From Syntrophales bacterium (GTDB taxonomy: Bacteria; Desulfobacterota; Syntrophia; Syntrophales; PHBD01), in contig OY764159.1 of the NCBI GenBank assembly GCA_963668175.1, positions 2,912,001-2,976,000 on the forward strand: DNA of 64,000 nucleotides, read 5' to 3'. Below, piece after piece: positions 39,106-49,766 of this stretch; the first letter of the stretch is position 1, and each line of letters starts with the position of its first letter. A model generated the notes under the pieces. The model was not told where the DNA came from. It worked only from the letters and a program-made list of their open reading frames with translations, and searched no databases. Both the position numbers and the translations under genes were made by a program.

Positions 39106-39630
39106 ATGCCCCTTTACGAATTCGACGGCAGGAGGCCGTCCATAGGCGCGGACACATTCGTTCATCCCACGGCCGTGATCATCGGCGACGCCGCCATCGG
39201 CAGCGAATGTTACATCGGAGCCGGGGCCGTTATCCGCGCCGACTTCGCCCGGATCGTCGTCGGGGACATGACAAGCATCCAGGACAACGCCGTCCTCCAT
39301 GTCACTCCCGGCGACCGCACGGATATCGGCAGCAAGGTGATCGTCGCCCACGGGGCCATCCTGCACGATGCGACGGTCCGCGACCGGTGCGTTATCGGCA
39401 TCGGCGCGGTGCTCCTGCCGAAAGCCGTCTGCGAAGAGGACGCCTTCGTCGCGGCCGGGGCCGTCGTCACGCCGGGCATGGTGGTCCCGTCGGGAAAGGT
39501 CGCGGCGGGAAATCCGGCGAAGATCGTCAGGGACGTGTCCCCGGAACTTGAGGCCTGGGTGCGCACGGGCGTGGAGGAATACCGGATGCTGACGAAAACC
39601 ACCCTGGCCACGCTGAAAGAAATATCATAG
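39106..39630 (+). CDS. Gamma carbonic anhydrase family protein (PaaY/YrdA-like)
   Basis: Hexapeptide repeats; IRAD, IQDNAVLH and AHGAILH motifs. Confidence 0.9.
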   Translation: MPLYEFDGRRPSIGADTFVHPTAVIIGDAAIGSECYIGAGAVIRADFARIVVGDMTSIQDNAVLHVTPGDRTDIGSKVIVAHGAILHDATVRDRCVIGIGAVLLPKAVCEEDAFVAAGAVVTPGMVVPSGKVAAGNPAKIVRDVSPELEAWVRTGVEEYRMLTKTTLATLKEIS

Positions 39631-39647
39631 CTTACGGAGAAATTTTT

Positions 39648-40163
39648 GTGACGTTTAGGCAATTCCTGGAAAAATACCGTCTGCCCATCACAATCGTCCT
39701 GGCCCTCGCCGGGATCGGGGCGATGGTTCTTTACGAGACCTGCGATACGTCGTGCTCTTCCCTTAAAGGCGATGTCTTCGGGATAGACCTGAAATTCGTC
39801 GGTCCGGCGTTCATGATTGTGATCGTGATCCTCGCCTTCCTCAAACAGAACGATCTGATCCGGATCATGCTGGCAGCGGGGATCGGCGTCGAGATATTTC
39901 TTTTCGCCTTTCAGGTCCGGGAGGATGTCTTCTGCCAGTTCTGTCTGGCTTTTGCCGTCATCGTCGCCGCGCTTTTCATCCTTTACTACAACGGGCCCCA
40001 CCGGGAGCGCCGTATGCCGAGGCGTCTCCTCTTCCTCCTCGGCTCCGCAGACATTCCCTTGCTGGGAATCAAAGACCTGCCCCTGATCCTTTTCGTTGTC
40101 CTGGGCTATATCGCCATTACCCTCACCTTCAACGGCGGCGTGATACCGACTTACGGCGCCTAG
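39648..40163 (+). CDS. VKOR-like membrane thiol-disulfide protein
   Basis: TM1, then CDTSC..S....FG, and TM-proximal FCQFC (CxxC). Confidence 0.65.
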   Translation: MTFRQFLEKYRLPITIVLALAGIGAMVLYETCDTSCSSLKGDVFGIDLKFVGPAFMIVIVILAFLKQNDLIRIMLAAGIGVEIFLFAFQVREDVFCQFCLAFAVIVAALFILYYNGPHRERRMPRRLLFLLGSADIPLLGIKDLPLILFVVLGYIAITLTFNGGVIPTYGA

Positions 40164-40222
40164 GACGACGTCAGGCCGTCATGACTATTTTTCATCCGTC
40201 GACGGGCCGGCATCATCTCCGA

Positions 40223-41758
40223 TCAACCGTTCCCGGACGATTCTCCTTCCCGTTTCTTCACAATCATGAAAATACCCGCCATCAGGGCGTAACCCAGGGC
40301 GATTGCGTAGTGTGCGTTGGTCGCGGCTTTCCAGGGCAAATAGAGTTCCCCCGCAGGCGACAGGGAATGGATGATCCCGAAGAGGGTTAAGCAGGCGCAG
40401 ATCACGGCGCACAGAGCCGCCCGTTTCGGCCGGTTGTCGATGAGGCAGGCCAGCATGCTGCCCCAGAGAAGCGCCGTGACGATGAAGCCGTTGCTTAAGG
40501 CCGTCAGGGTCTGGAGCAATATCTGCAAATGGACGGGGAGCGAAGCCCTGGCGACGGACGCCGCCCCCAGGAACTGGTTGAGCATGATCATGACCAGGTC
40601 CGCGGCCACGGGGAGAAAGCAGATGGTTACGGCGGGGGAATGGTCTTCCGGCGCTTCCCGGTAGGCCTGGCGGACGATCTCGAAGCCGATGTAGATGAAG
40701 ATCGGCGCCAGGACCGCCCGGGGGACGAGCCCCACGATGAGCGAAAGGAGGCCCACGACGGAGCCGACGCCCATGCAGAGCCCCGTGGCGAGGGTATACC
40801 GCCAGGTCGCTCCCATCTTCTTGTAGGCCGGATGGCCGATGTACGGCGTCGTCTGGGCCACCCCTCCGAAGAAAGCGGCCACCACCGAGGTGAGGGCCTC
40901 CGTCAGCAGGATGTCCCGCGTGCGGTAGTCGTCGCCCGCGAGACGGGCGCTTTCCGTGTTGTTGATGCCGCCGACGATCGTCAGGATGCCGAAGGGCACG
41001 GCGATCGGCAGGTACTGGATGCTCCGGGGGAGGTCCATGAGAAAGGCCGCTGAAAAGGACGGCAGGGAAAAGGTCACATCGAACTGCGGCGGCTGGAATT
41101 CCGGGAGGTATCCGCCGTAACCCAATGCGAAATGGGCGGCGGTGCCCAGGACCACGGCGACGAGTACGCCGGGTACGCGCCCCGGCAGCTCCATGCGTCC
41201 GATCAGAACGGCGAAGATGATACCCATCGCCACCATGCCGACGACGGCCTCGTTGAAAAGCTCGACGAGCGGCAGGAATCCGATGAGGAGGACACCCAGG
41301 CCGGCAATCGCGCCGAGAAGGCCGGCGGTCGGGACGATGCGCTGGACCCATCCTCCCAGGAACGACATGACGATCTTGACGGCGCCGATCATGAAGAGCG
41401 TCGCCATGCCGATATGCCAGGTAAGTTCCGCGTCGCCCGTGGCGAGATAGGCCGGACCGAGGACGGCGTAGGCCAGGCCGATGGTCGACGGCGTATCGAG
41501 GCCCAGCGGCATCGCCGTCACGTCGCTGCGGCCCGTTTTTTTCATCAGACGGAGGGCGAGCCAGGTGTACACAAGATCGCCGCAGAAGACCCCCAGGGCC
41601 GTTCCGGGTATCATCCGCGTCAAAATGATGCCCGCGGGATAATTAAAGGTAAAGACGAGAATGGCCGATAGGAAAATCAGAACGCCGACATTGTCCAAGA
41701 AGAGAGCCAGAAAGGCCGTCGTTTCCCCCCAGAAGCTCTGCCGGTTTGCTTTCGTCAT
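40223..41758 (-). CDS. Membrane permease (xanthine/uracil/vitamin C, AzgA-like family)
   Basis: More than 12 TM helices; DVTAMPLGLDTPS, ESARLAGDDY and YIGHPAYK motifs. Confidence 0.8.
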   Translation of the reverse strand: MTKANRQSFWGETTAFLALFLDNVGVLIFLSAILVFTFNYPAGIILTRMIPGTALGVFCGDLVYTWLALRLMKKTGRSDVTAMPLGLDTPSTIGLAYAVLGPAYLATGDAELTWHIGMATLFMIGAVKIVMSFLGGWVQRIVPTAGLLGAIAGLGVLLIGFLPLVELFNEAVVGMVAMGIIFAVLIGRMELPGRVPGVLVAVVLGTAAHFALGYGGYLPEFQPPQFDVTFSLPSFSAAFLMDLPRSIQYLPIAVPFGILTIVGGINNTESARLAGDDYRTRDILLTEALTSVVAAFFGGVAQTTPYIGHPAYKKMGATWRYTLATGLCMGVGSVVGLLSLIVGLVPRAVLAPIFIYIGFEIVRQAYREAPEDHSPAVTICFLPVAADLVMIMLNQFLGAASVARASLPVHLQILLQTLTALSNGFIVTALLWGSMLACLIDNRPKRAALCAVICACLTLFGIIHSLSPAGELYLPWKAATNAHYAIALGYALMAGIFMIVKKREGESSGNG

Positions 41759-42112
41759 CGGTTACGTCCAAGGCGCAAAACTGCGTTTTTCTGCGTGACT
41801 ATAATTGAAACCGGTATACATTACAAATGAATTCACGGAGGGCAGGCAATACGGAAAATGTGCCGCCCATTCCGGGGCGATGACGGATATCCGGTGTCAC
41901 AACGAATGGTCTAACCGGCGTAAAGCCGAACAATGTATTTTGCATGACAATTATTTATAGATTTCCTGAATAAATCTTGCTACTGTATAACATCTGGATA
42001 TCGTTCCGACCGGGAATGCGCGCCCTCACTTCGATTGACGGACGGATAAATTCCCTATCGCGATATAAGCGGGTTTCTTTTCCTGATCGGGCCGCTCGGG
42101 AAGGTATCGTCT

Positions 42113-44872
42113 ATGAAAAACGAACAAGATAAGAGTTCGGACGTACGAATTGCGGGATTACGGAAAGATTCCGCGAATCTCGGCGAATCCTTAAAAATTC
42201 TCAGAAAAAAAGAGCGATTCCAAAACCTGATCCTGGACAATATCCAGGACCCCGTCCTGCTTCTGGACATGGATTTCCGCATCGTCTGGACGAACGCCTC
42301 CGCTTCCTCCGTATCCGGTTATACGAAACGCGATTTCGCGCGCCTCACCTTGGAAGACCTGATGCCCATCTCTTCCCTTGAACTCGCCCGGACGCTGATC
42401 GACTCGCATCTCTCGCCGGCGAACCTGGCCGATTGCGGCCTTACAGTCGAATTCAACTGCGACCTGCAGTTCTTCATGAAGAATAGTATCCTGCGATGGG
42501 GCCACACGCAGGTGAAGCTCCTCCGCGACCGGCGCGGCTTTCCCGTGAACCTGCTCTGCACGGTCCACGACATCACGTATCGCAAGCAGATCGAGGATGA
42601 ATTGTACGAAGGCAGGGAGCTTTTCGCCCATATCTTCGAACACTCGCCTCTGGCGATGAGCCTCACGGATCTCAACAGTCATCGAATCCTGAACGTCAAC
42701 GGAAAATTCCAGGAACTGACCGGTTATTCGTGGAACGAACTCGTCGGTCGAACGGCGTTCAATATCAAGCTGTGGGTGCACCCTGAAGAAAGGACCGCCC
42801 TGGTCGCCCGACTCCTTGCATACGGAAGCGTTCAGGATTTTCCCGCCTCCTTCCGCATCAAGGGAGGCGAGATACGGGAATGTCTCCTATCGGCCGAAAA
42901 ATCCGCAGTCGGCGGTCTTTCGGCCATGCTTGTGTCTTCCCTGGATGTGACGGAAAGCAGGCGGATGGAAGCCGCGCTCCGGGAAAGCGAGATGCGCTTC
43001 CGTTCCGTTTTCGATCAGGTGAAGGGCATCCCCATCCAGGGCTACGACAGGAACCGCGACGTGATCTACTGGAACAAAGCGAGCGAGGAGATATACGGTT
43101 ACACCGCCGCCGAGGCCCTGGGCCGGAAGCTGGAGGACCTGATCATCCCCGAGGCGATGCGGGAACAGGTGGTGAAAGACGTCCAGGCCTGGACGGAAGG
43201 AGGTCCGCCGATTCCGGCGGACGAACTCGTTTTACGGGACAAGAACGGCGACGACGTCCGCGTCTATTCGTCCCATGTGATGCTCACCAATCTCGGCGGG
43301 GACAAGGAGATGTTCTGCGTCGATGTGGATATGAAGGCCCTCTACCTGGCGGAGGAGGCGAAGCGCGAAAGCGAGGCTGCGGCCAGGGCCATCCTGAACG
43401 CGACGAAGGACGGCGTTGTCCTTCTCGATGCCAAAGGTACGATCCTCGACGGCAATCTCGCCCATGCCGAACGGCATCAATCCACGTCCGAGGCATTGAA
43501 AGGCCGGTGCCTTTGGACGTTTTACCCTCCGGACGTGGCCGAAAGAAGGCGAAAGTCGGTGGAGTCCGTCTTCCGCACCGGTCTTCCCGTCAAGCTCGAA
43601 GACGAGCGGGCGGGGCGCTGGTACAGTGCCTCCATCGAACCCGTCCTCGACGTGCAGGGGCGCGTCCAGAGCGTCGCCGTCTATGCCCAGGACATCACCG
43701 AGCGCAGGCAGATGAAAGAGCGCCTGGACCGCATGGAGAAGATGGAGTCCCTGGGCATGCTCGCCGGCGGCATCGCCCACGATCTCAACAATGTCCTGGG
43801 AATCCTCGTGGGCTACACGGAGATGCTCCTCGGCGACCTCCCGGAGGAAAGCCCGTTTCGCGAGCATATCGGGAACATCATGCAGAGCGGCGAACGGGCG
43901 GCGGCCGTCGTCCAGGACCTGCTGACCCTCGCCCGGCGCGGCGTTCACGCAAGAACCGTCTTGAATCTCAATGACATCGTGTCGTCGTGCTGCAAGACCA
44001 TCGAATTCGCGAAGCTTAATATCTGCCGGCCGGACATCCGGCTGGTGACGGAGCTTTCATCGGACCTCATGAACGTCGTCGGCTCCGCCGCCCACTTCGA
44101 GAAGATGCTGATGAACCTTATCCTGAACGCCTCGGAGGCGATGCCGGAAGGCGGCAGTCTGACCGTCAGGACCGGCAATCAACACTTCGACAACCCCTTC
44201 CGGGGCTACGACGAGATCATGGCGGGGGAATACGTCGTCCTGACCGTTTCCGACACGGGCATCGGCATATCGCCCGAGGACATGAAGCATATCTTCGAAC
44301 CGTTCTATACAAAGAAGGTCCTGGGCAGGAGCGGAACCGGGCTGGGACTTGCGGTGGTATGGGGCACGGTGAAGGACAACGGCGGCTATATCGACGTCGC
44401 CAGCGACCAAGGGGCCGGTACGACGTTCTCTCTCTATTTTCCCGTCACCCGGCAGGAGGCCGCCACGGGACAGGCATCCGTGCCGTTTGAGAAGTATATC
44501 GGGAAAGGCGAAACGATTCTCGTCGTGGACGACGAGGACGGCCAACGCCGTCTGGCGGCCCTGGCGCTGGCCAGGCTCAATTACAGGGTCGTGACGTCGC
44601 CGAGCGGCGAACGGGCGGTCGAATACCTGAAGAACAACAGCGTGCATCTCGTCATCCTGGACATGATCATGGACCCAGGAATGGACGGCCTCGACACCTA
44701 CCGGGAGATGATCAAGGTCCGTCCCGGCCAGCGGACGATTATCGTAAGCGGTTTTTCCGAGACGAAGCGCGTCTTCGAGGCGCAGGCACTCGGCGCAGGC
44801 CGATACGTAAGCAAGCCCTATCTCATGGAAAGGCTGGGTTTGGCCGTGAGAGAGGAGTTGGACAGGCCGTAA
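42113..44872 (+). CDS. Hybrid multi-PAS histidine kinase/response regulator (CckA-like architecture)
   Basis: Four PAS modules, AGGIAHDLNN, HATPase boxes and a C-terminal REC. Confidence 0.93.
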   Translation: MKNEQDKSSDVRIAGLRKDSANLGESLKILRKKERFQNLILDNIQDPVLLLDMDFRIVWTNASASSVSGYTKRDFARLTLEDLMPISSLELARTLIDSHLSPANLADCGLTVEFNCDLQFFMKNSILRWGHTQVKLLRDRRGFPVNLLCTVHDITYRKQIEDELYEGRELFAHIFEHSPLAMSLTDLNSHRILNVNGKFQELTGYSWNELVGRTAFNIKLWVHPEERTALVARLLAYGSVQDFPASFRIKGGEIRECLLSAEKSAVGGLSAMLVSSLDVTESRRMEAALRESEMRFRSVFDQVKGIPIQGYDRNRDVIYWNKASEEIYGYTAAEALGRKLEDLIIPEAMREQVVKDVQAWTEGGPPIPADELVLRDKNGDDVRVYSSHVMLTNLGGDKEMFCVDVDMKALYLAEEAKRESEAAARAILNATKDGVVLLDAKGTILDGNLAHAERHQSTSEALKGRCLWTFYPPDVAERRRKSVESVFRTGLPVKLEDERAGRWYSASIEPVLDVQGRVQSVAVYAQDITERRQMKERLDRMEKMESLGMLAGGIAHDLNNVLGILVGYTEMLLGDLPEESPFREHIGNIMQSGERAAAVVQDLLTLARRGVHARTVLNLNDIVSSCCKTIEFAKLNICRPDIRLVTELSSDLMNVVGSAAHFEKMLMNLILNASEAMPEGGSLTVRTGNQHFDNPFRGYDEIMAGEYVVLTVSDTGIGISPEDMKHIFEPFYTKKVLGRSGTGLGLAVVWGTVKDNGGYIDVASDQGAGTTFSLYFPVTRQEAATGQASVPFEKYIGKGETILVVDDEDGQRRLAALALARLNYRVVTSPSGERAVEYLKNNSVHLVILDMIMDPGMDGLDTYREMIKVRPGQRTIIVSGFSETKRVFEAQALGAGRYVSKPYLMERLGLAVREELDRP

Positions 44873-44899
44873 GTTCCGCGAGAACGGTCCCGTACAGGC

Positions 44900-45583
44900 C
44901 TACGAATACTCCCGGAGGTATCGCCGGATATACTGTTTGACCTGGTCTTTCGTCTGGAAAATCCCGAAATGCCCTTCGCAGAGGATGTCCGCTTCAAGCT
45001 CCAGGAGCTTCTCCATGGATGTCCGCCAGCGGGCCTGGTCCGAGCCGAAGGCCGCCATGAAGGGCCCGTGGATGTCCTGCCCGAAGAGGACCCTTTTGCC
45101 GCCCCGGTCCAGCCAGACAACCATCGAGCCCGGCGTGTGCCCCGGCGTATGCAGGCAGTGCAGTTCTTCCCCCTGAAAGACGAGAATCTCCTCGTCGCCC
45201 TTGAGCCTTCGGTCGATATTGGTCGGAGGAAAGTCCGTGTCGTACCAGTTGGCGGCCGTCCGCACGGGGTCGCCCCTTTCGACGGCGTCGGCGTCGAGGT
45301 CGTGCATCACGAGCTTGCAGCCGAACTGCTCCCGGAACCAGGGGGCCGAACCGATATGGTCGATATGGCAGTGGGTGAGGATCAGCGTGGAGATGGCGGA
45401 TGGAGAAAGGCCCAGCTTCTCGATATTCTTTTTGAGCAGCTGCGAACTGCCGCCGGCGCCGGCGTCGATCATGACGAGCTCGCCCGCAAAATCTATAATG
45501 AAGACCGTGGCGTCGTCGGAGCGCGAGATGCCCGGGCCGCCGACAATGTAGATGCCTTCCGCAATGGCTTCGGGCTTCGACAT
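44900..45583 (-). CDS. MBL-fold metallo-hydrolase
   Basis: THCHIDH, HTPGHTPGS and CEGH motifs. Confidence 0.92.
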   Translation of the reverse strand: MSKPEAIAEGIYIVGGPGISRSDDATVFIIDFAGELVMIDAGAGGSSQLLKKNIEKLGLSPSAISTLILTHCHIDHIGSAPWFREQFGCKLVMHDLDADAVERGDPVRTAANWYDTDFPPTNIDRRLKGDEEILVFQGEELHCLHTPGHTPGSMVVWLDRGGKRVLFGQDIHGPFMAAFGSDQARWRTSMEKLLELEADILCEGHFGIFQTKDQVKQYIRRYLREYS

Positions 45584-45587
45584 GGCG

Positions 45588-46511
45588 TTACCCCTCCCCT
45601 CTTTCCCTGAGCGTTCCGATCAGGTCGTTGATGTTTCCTATGCCGCGGTTCGCGCAGTAGGCCTCGATGCCGTCCAGGACCGCCATCGTCGCTGCGGGAT
45701 CGACGAGATTCGCCGTACCGACCTGCACGGCCCTGGCGCCGACGATGAGAAACTCGACGGCGTCCCTGGCATTCATGATGCCCCCGATGCCGATAACGGG
45801 GATGGAGACGGCCTTCGCCGTCTGCCAGACCATCCGCAGGGCGACGGGCTTGACGGCCGGACCCGAAAGCCCGCCCGTGATGTTTTGCAGATGAGGCACG
45901 CGTTTCTCGATATCGACGGACATCCCCGTGAGCGTGTTGATGAGGGAAACCGCGTCCGCCCCGGCGTCCTCGACGCTCTTCGCGATGACGGTTATATCCG
46001 TCACGTTCGGCGTCAGTTTGACGATGACGGGGAGGTCGGTGGATTGCTTCACGTTCCGCGTCACGTCGGCGGCCGTGTCCGGATCGGACCCGAAGCTGAT
46101 CCCGCCCTTCTTGACGTTGGGGCAGGAGATGTTGACTTCCAGGGCATGGACGCCGCCCGCGGCGCTGAGGGCTTCCGCCGTCAGGCGGTATTCCTCGACG
46201 GACTCCCCGAAGATGTTGGCGATGACCGGGCAGCTTAAGGTTCGCAGATACGGCAGCTTGTCGGCGATGAAGGCCTCGACGCCCACGTTCTGCAGGCCGA
46301 CGGCGTTGAGCATGCCGCCCGTCGTCTCCATGATGCGCGGCGGCGGGTTCCCCTCCCGGGGACGGAGCGAAAGGCCCTTCACGACGATGGCGCCGAGCCT
46401 GTTCAGATCGACGTACGGGGCGAACTCCCGGCCATAGCCGAATGTCCCCGAGGCCGTCATGACGGGATTCGCGAGCGTAAGCCCGCCTATCGTCACCTGC
46501 ATCCGTGTCAT
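45588..46511 (-). CDS. pyrD: Dihydroorotate dehydrogenase B, catalytic subunit
   Basis: ASGTFG, NISCPN, KLTPN and GGLSG motifs. Confidence 0.95.
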   Translation of the reverse strand: MTRMQVTIGGLTLANPVMTASGTFGYGREFAPYVDLNRLGAIVVKGLSLRPREGNPPPRIMETTGGMLNAVGLQNVGVEAFIADKLPYLRTLSCPVIANIFGESVEEYRLTAEALSAAGGVHALEVNISCPNVKKGGISFGSDPDTAADVTRNVKQSTDLPVIVKLTPNVTDITVIAKSVEDAGADAVSLINTLTGMSVDIEKRVPHLQNITGGLSGPAVKPVALRMVWQTAKAVSIPVIGIGGIMNARDAVEFLIVGARAVQVGTANLVDPAATMAVLDGIEAYCANRGIGNINDLIGTLRERGEG

Positions 46512-47434
46512 GATTCCCTGCCCCCTTGATCTCCGCCGCTCGTCGCCGTTCCCTCCGCAGGGCCGCAGCCGTTATCCGTTTCGCCGTTGTCCCAGACGAC
46601 GTCGCGGATGTCGAAGACCGGTCCTTCCTGGCAGGCCCTCTTGTAAACGGTCCCGCCTCCGGGGCCGGCGATCCGGACGGCGCAGCCGAGACAGGCGCCG
46701 ATGCCGCAGGCCATCCGTTCTTCGACGGATACCTGGCAGGGAATGTCAGTGTCCTTAAGAATATCCGCGACCGCCCGCATCATGGCCGTCGGGCCGCAGG
46801 CATAGATGGCCGTATCGTTTTCCCTATAGGCGGCGAGATCTTCGCGTAACATATCCGTCACGAGGCCGCAGCAGCCGCTGCTGCCGTCGTCGGTGCTGAT
46901 CTTTACGTCCGTGCAGTACATCCCCAGGCGCTCATGGCCTACGAGTTTGTCGCAGCATTGCGCCCCGAGGTAGCCCACGATTTTTCTTCCGGGGGCGTTT
47001 TTTTCGGGAGTGCTGTAATGAAAGGCGAGATACGTGAGGGGAACGATGCCTACGCCGCCCGCGACAAGGACGATGTTCTTCTTCCCGGGGGCCACGTCGA
47101 AACCGCGGCCGAGGGGCCCCAGTATTTGCAGCCTGTCCCCGTGTTTGAGCCTGCTTAACAGCGTCGTTCCCTTCCCGCAGACCCGGTACAGGAGGTCCAG
47201 GACGGCATGGCGGGGATTCCGGTGAAAACCGTAGACGCCGAGGGGCCTGCCCAGCATGGGATCGTGCCCGCCGGACGTCCGGACCATGACGAACTGGCCG
47301 GGAGTAGGTTCCGGAAAGGACAGGGGCAACTCCAGCGAGAGGAGAAAATGCTCCGCCGCCACTTCCCCGTTGGCGACAATCTCTCCGGTAACCTGGTGCG
47401 CGCTCGGATTCACAACCTCTACCCCCTCAGACAT
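46508..47434 (-). CDS. pyrK: Dihydroorotate dehydrogenase electron transfer subunit
   Basis: PGQF, GGVG, ACGP and [14 protein letters not shown]...C..GPVF motifs. Confidence 0.93.
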   Translation of the reverse strand: MSEGVEVVNPSAHQVTGEIVANGEVAAEHFLLSLELPLSFPEPTPGQFVMVRTSGGHDPMLGRPLGVYGFHRNPRHAVLDLLYRVCGKGTTLLSRLKHGDRLQILGPLGRGFDVAPGKKNIVLVAGGVGIVPLTYLAFHYSTPEKNAPGRKIVGYLGAQCCDKLVGHERLGMYCTDVKISTDDGSSGCCGLVTDMLREDLAAYRENDTAIYACGPTAMMRAVADILKDTDIPCQVSVEERMACGIGACLGCAVRIAGPGGGTVYKRACQEGPVFDIRDVVWDNGETDNGCGPAEGTATSGGDQGGRES

Positions 47435-47457
47435 CGGCGACGGTCAAGACATCCGGT

Positions 47458-47919
47458 TTAAAGGTCCCTGCCCATCAGCAGGGCGTCGTCCCCGTCGTCA
47501 TAGTATTTCCGGCGGACTCCTTGTACCACAAAACCGTTTTTGACGTAAAGGGCAATAGCGCCTTCGTTTTGGGAACGGACTTCTAGCGTCGCCGCCGTCG
47601 CGCCTTCGCTGACGGAAATGTCCCGGAGGGCGGCGAGGAGCCCGGAAGCAACGCCGCGATCCCGGAAATCCCTTTGGACAAAGATATTCTGGATCTGGGC
47701 CTCGCCGGCGACAAGCCAGAAGCCGAGGTAGCCGATGACCTTTTCTCCCGACACGGCAACGAGGTTTCGCGCCAGGGGCATCTGCAGTTCGCCCTTGATG
47801 ATATCCGGCGACCACGGGTGAAAAGAGGCTTCCCGCTCGATGGCGGCCACCGCCGGAAGATCGTCGGCCGTCATGGCTCTGATGGAGAATTCGGGGGACG
47901 ACGGCGGATTACGATCCAT
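47458..47919 (-). CDS. rimI: Ribosomal protein S18 alanine N-acetyltransferase
   Basis: GNAT fold; LEVRSQN..AI.LY...GF...G.RRKYY..GDDA. Confidence 0.88.
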   Translation of the reverse strand: MDRNPPSSPEFSIRAMTADDLPAVAAIEREASFHPWSPDIIKGELQMPLARNLVAVSGEKVIGYLGFWLVAGEAQIQNIFVQRDFRDRGVASGLLAALRDISVSEGATAATLEVRSQNEGAIALYVKNGFVVQGVRRKYYDDGDDALLMGRDL

Positions 47920-48610
47920 GCAGCCATTCCCATACGATGACCAGGATGAGGAAGGCCCCGGAGAAGACGGGGATCAGGCCCCGGTGATTGATCGTGTTCA
48001 GGGCGACGGCGATGCCGACCAGGGGAAAAGCGTAATAGCCCCATGTGAGCGCCCTGACGGCGAACGGCGGAAGCGCCGGGTAGAGTGTAAGCGCCAGAGC
48101 CAATCCGGCCAGCGTGAGAACGAGGATCAATGCGGCCGAAACGACGGCATAGCGGAAAATAGCGAAGAGATGCTTGCCGGCGATACCCTTGAGGTCGGCC
48201 TCCGCGGCGTCTCTTTCGGCGGCCTTGGAGAGGACGTCGTTGCTGCTGACGATCCAGGCGTCGACGGCCTGCGTCAGGAATCCCGCAGGAACAAGGACAA
48301 GGATGGAAAATGCCGCGAGTCCGTGGGACGCTTTCCCCGGTGCGGCCATGACGGCCGCAGCGGCCGCGGCCACGGCGATGATGGTTTCGTTGGGAGGGAC
48401 ATACGTCCCGACGGGAAGGCGGTCCAGCCACAGAAGTTCGATGACGGCGCCGATGTAAAGGCCGGTATACGCATCTCCTCCGCACAGGCCGACAAGGGTC
48501 CCCGCGACGACGGGCCGCGAGATCATCGCCTGCAGTACGACCCTGTCCAGGCACAGGAGTCCGCCCACTCCGGATACGATAAGCGCTTTTGTCAGCAACT
48601 GCGGAAACAT
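47909..48610 (-). CDS. PTS mannose-family IIC component
   Basis: LDR...Q.MISRPVV and GAVIELLWL...P.G motifs; multi-TM. Confidence 0.85.
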   Translation of the reverse strand: MFPQLLTKALIVSGVGGLLCLDRVVLQAMISRPVVAGTLVGLCGGDAYTGLYIGAVIELLWLDRLPVGTYVPPNETIIAVAAAAAAVMAAPGKASHGLAAFSILVLVPAGFLTQAVDAWIVSSNDVLSKAAERDAAEADLKGIAGKHLFAIFRYAVVSAALILVLTLAGLALALTLYPALPPFAVRALTWGYYAFPLVGIAVALNTINHRGLIPVFSGAFLILVIVWEWLHGS

Positions 48611-48616
48611 GGGTTG

Positions 48617-49114
48617 TCAGGAAATGTTTTGCGGCCCTGCGGCCGGAAGGACTTCCGTAACGTTCATCGGCTTTTCCCTCGGGATTCGCTGCAATTCCAC
48701 CTTGACGCCGGCGGCGACCAGATACCGGATGCTTTCGATGTCCGTCGTACCCAGGAGGACGGACGGCGAACATTCCTTGACGCAGTCCTCGTTATGGACA
48801 TTGCCGATATTGAGATGCTCGAATGTGAAGCCGTTCTTGTAGCAGGTGACCGCATCGGCGACCTCCGAGAAGAGGATGATCGTCCGTTTGCCCTGCTTGC
48901 TCTGCAGATAATACCGAGTGAAATCCTCGACGCTCGTGATGACGACGTCGATTTCCCTGGGTACGGCCATCTTGATGACGGTTTCGCGGAAGAAGTCGCT
49001 CGCGACGTGGTCGTCGACGACGATGATACAGCCTGCCTGGCAGTATGGGACCCAGGCTTCGAGAATCTGGCCGTGAACAAGTCTGTTATCGACTCTTACT
49101 AGGGCAATATCCAT
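48617..49114 (-). CDS. PTS mannose-family IIB component
   Basis: RVDNRLVHGQ containing the phospho-His. Confidence 0.92.
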   Translation of the reverse strand: MDIALVRVDNRLVHGQILEAWVPYCQAGCIIVVDDHVASDFFRETVIKMAVPREIDVVITSVEDFTRYYLQSKQGKRTIILFSEVADAVTCYKNGFTFEHLNIGNVHNEDCVKECSPSVLLGTTDIESIRYLVAAGVKVELQRIPREKPMNVTEVLPAAGPQNIS

Positions 49115-49199
49115 AAGTGCCAACCGGTTGACGGCCAAGATTCGGGATCATGATCGCAGGATTCACTCTCGGTTTTGCGTCCGAAGAACGCGATGGCGG

Positions 49200-49613
49200 T
49201 TATTCCGGTACCTTTTTCTTTAAAATCTCACTCGCCACGGAGATGTTTTTCTTGCCGTAATCCTTGATAACACAGGAAAATTCCTGCAAGGTCATGGATG
49301 TCCTTATATCGTCCGTCAATTTGAGCAGCATGGGCAGGTTGACGCCGGTGACCACTTCCACCTTCCCTTCTTTCAGGAAGGAAAGGGAGATATTGGACGG
49401 GGTGCCGCCGAAGAGATCCGTTAGAATGAGAACGCCTTTCCCGTGGTCCAGTTTCTTGATCGCGGTGCTGATCTCTTTCTTCAATTCTTCCAAGCCCTTC
49501 GACTGATCGACGGAAACATGGATCAAACCCTTGATATTGCCTTTGATAAGCTCGGCGGCGCGGATCAGTTCGTTGCCGAGATTTCCGTGGGTTGTTATGA
49601 GGACCCCGATCAT
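49200..49613 (-). CDS. PTS mannose-family IIA component
   Basis: THG phospho-His; DLFGGTPSN and GVNLPML motifs. Confidence 0.93.
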   Translation of the reverse strand: MIGVLITTHGNLGNELIRAAELIKGNIKGLIHVSVDQSKGLEELKKEISTAIKKLDHGKGVLILTDLFGGTPSNISLSFLKEGKVEVVTGVNLPMLLKLTDDIRTSMTLQEFSCVIKDYGKKNISVASEILKKKVPE

Positions 49614-49646
49614 ATTGCCACTCCGGATACGCGAATATAGGCGGCT

Positions 49647-49675
49647 ACGCTAAATGATTGCCGTGTAATTGTCAA
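49647..49675 (-). promoter_or_regulatory. Putative sigma-70 promoter for the PTS-rimI-pyrKD operon
   Basis: Minus strand TTGACA-17 nt-TAGCGT. Confidence 0.5.
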
Positions 49676-49766
49676 GGTTTTATAAAAAGGCGAAAACACC
49701 CTTGACAGGCGGCGTCAAATCATCCTAAATGCCCGGTGACAAAAACATCTCAAGGAGAAATGCGAC

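Noticed and set aside
40161..40184. TAG readthrough (pyrrolysine) extending the VKOR-like gene
   Set aside because: A TGA follows within 7 codons, and no thioredoxin domain is encoded downstream.
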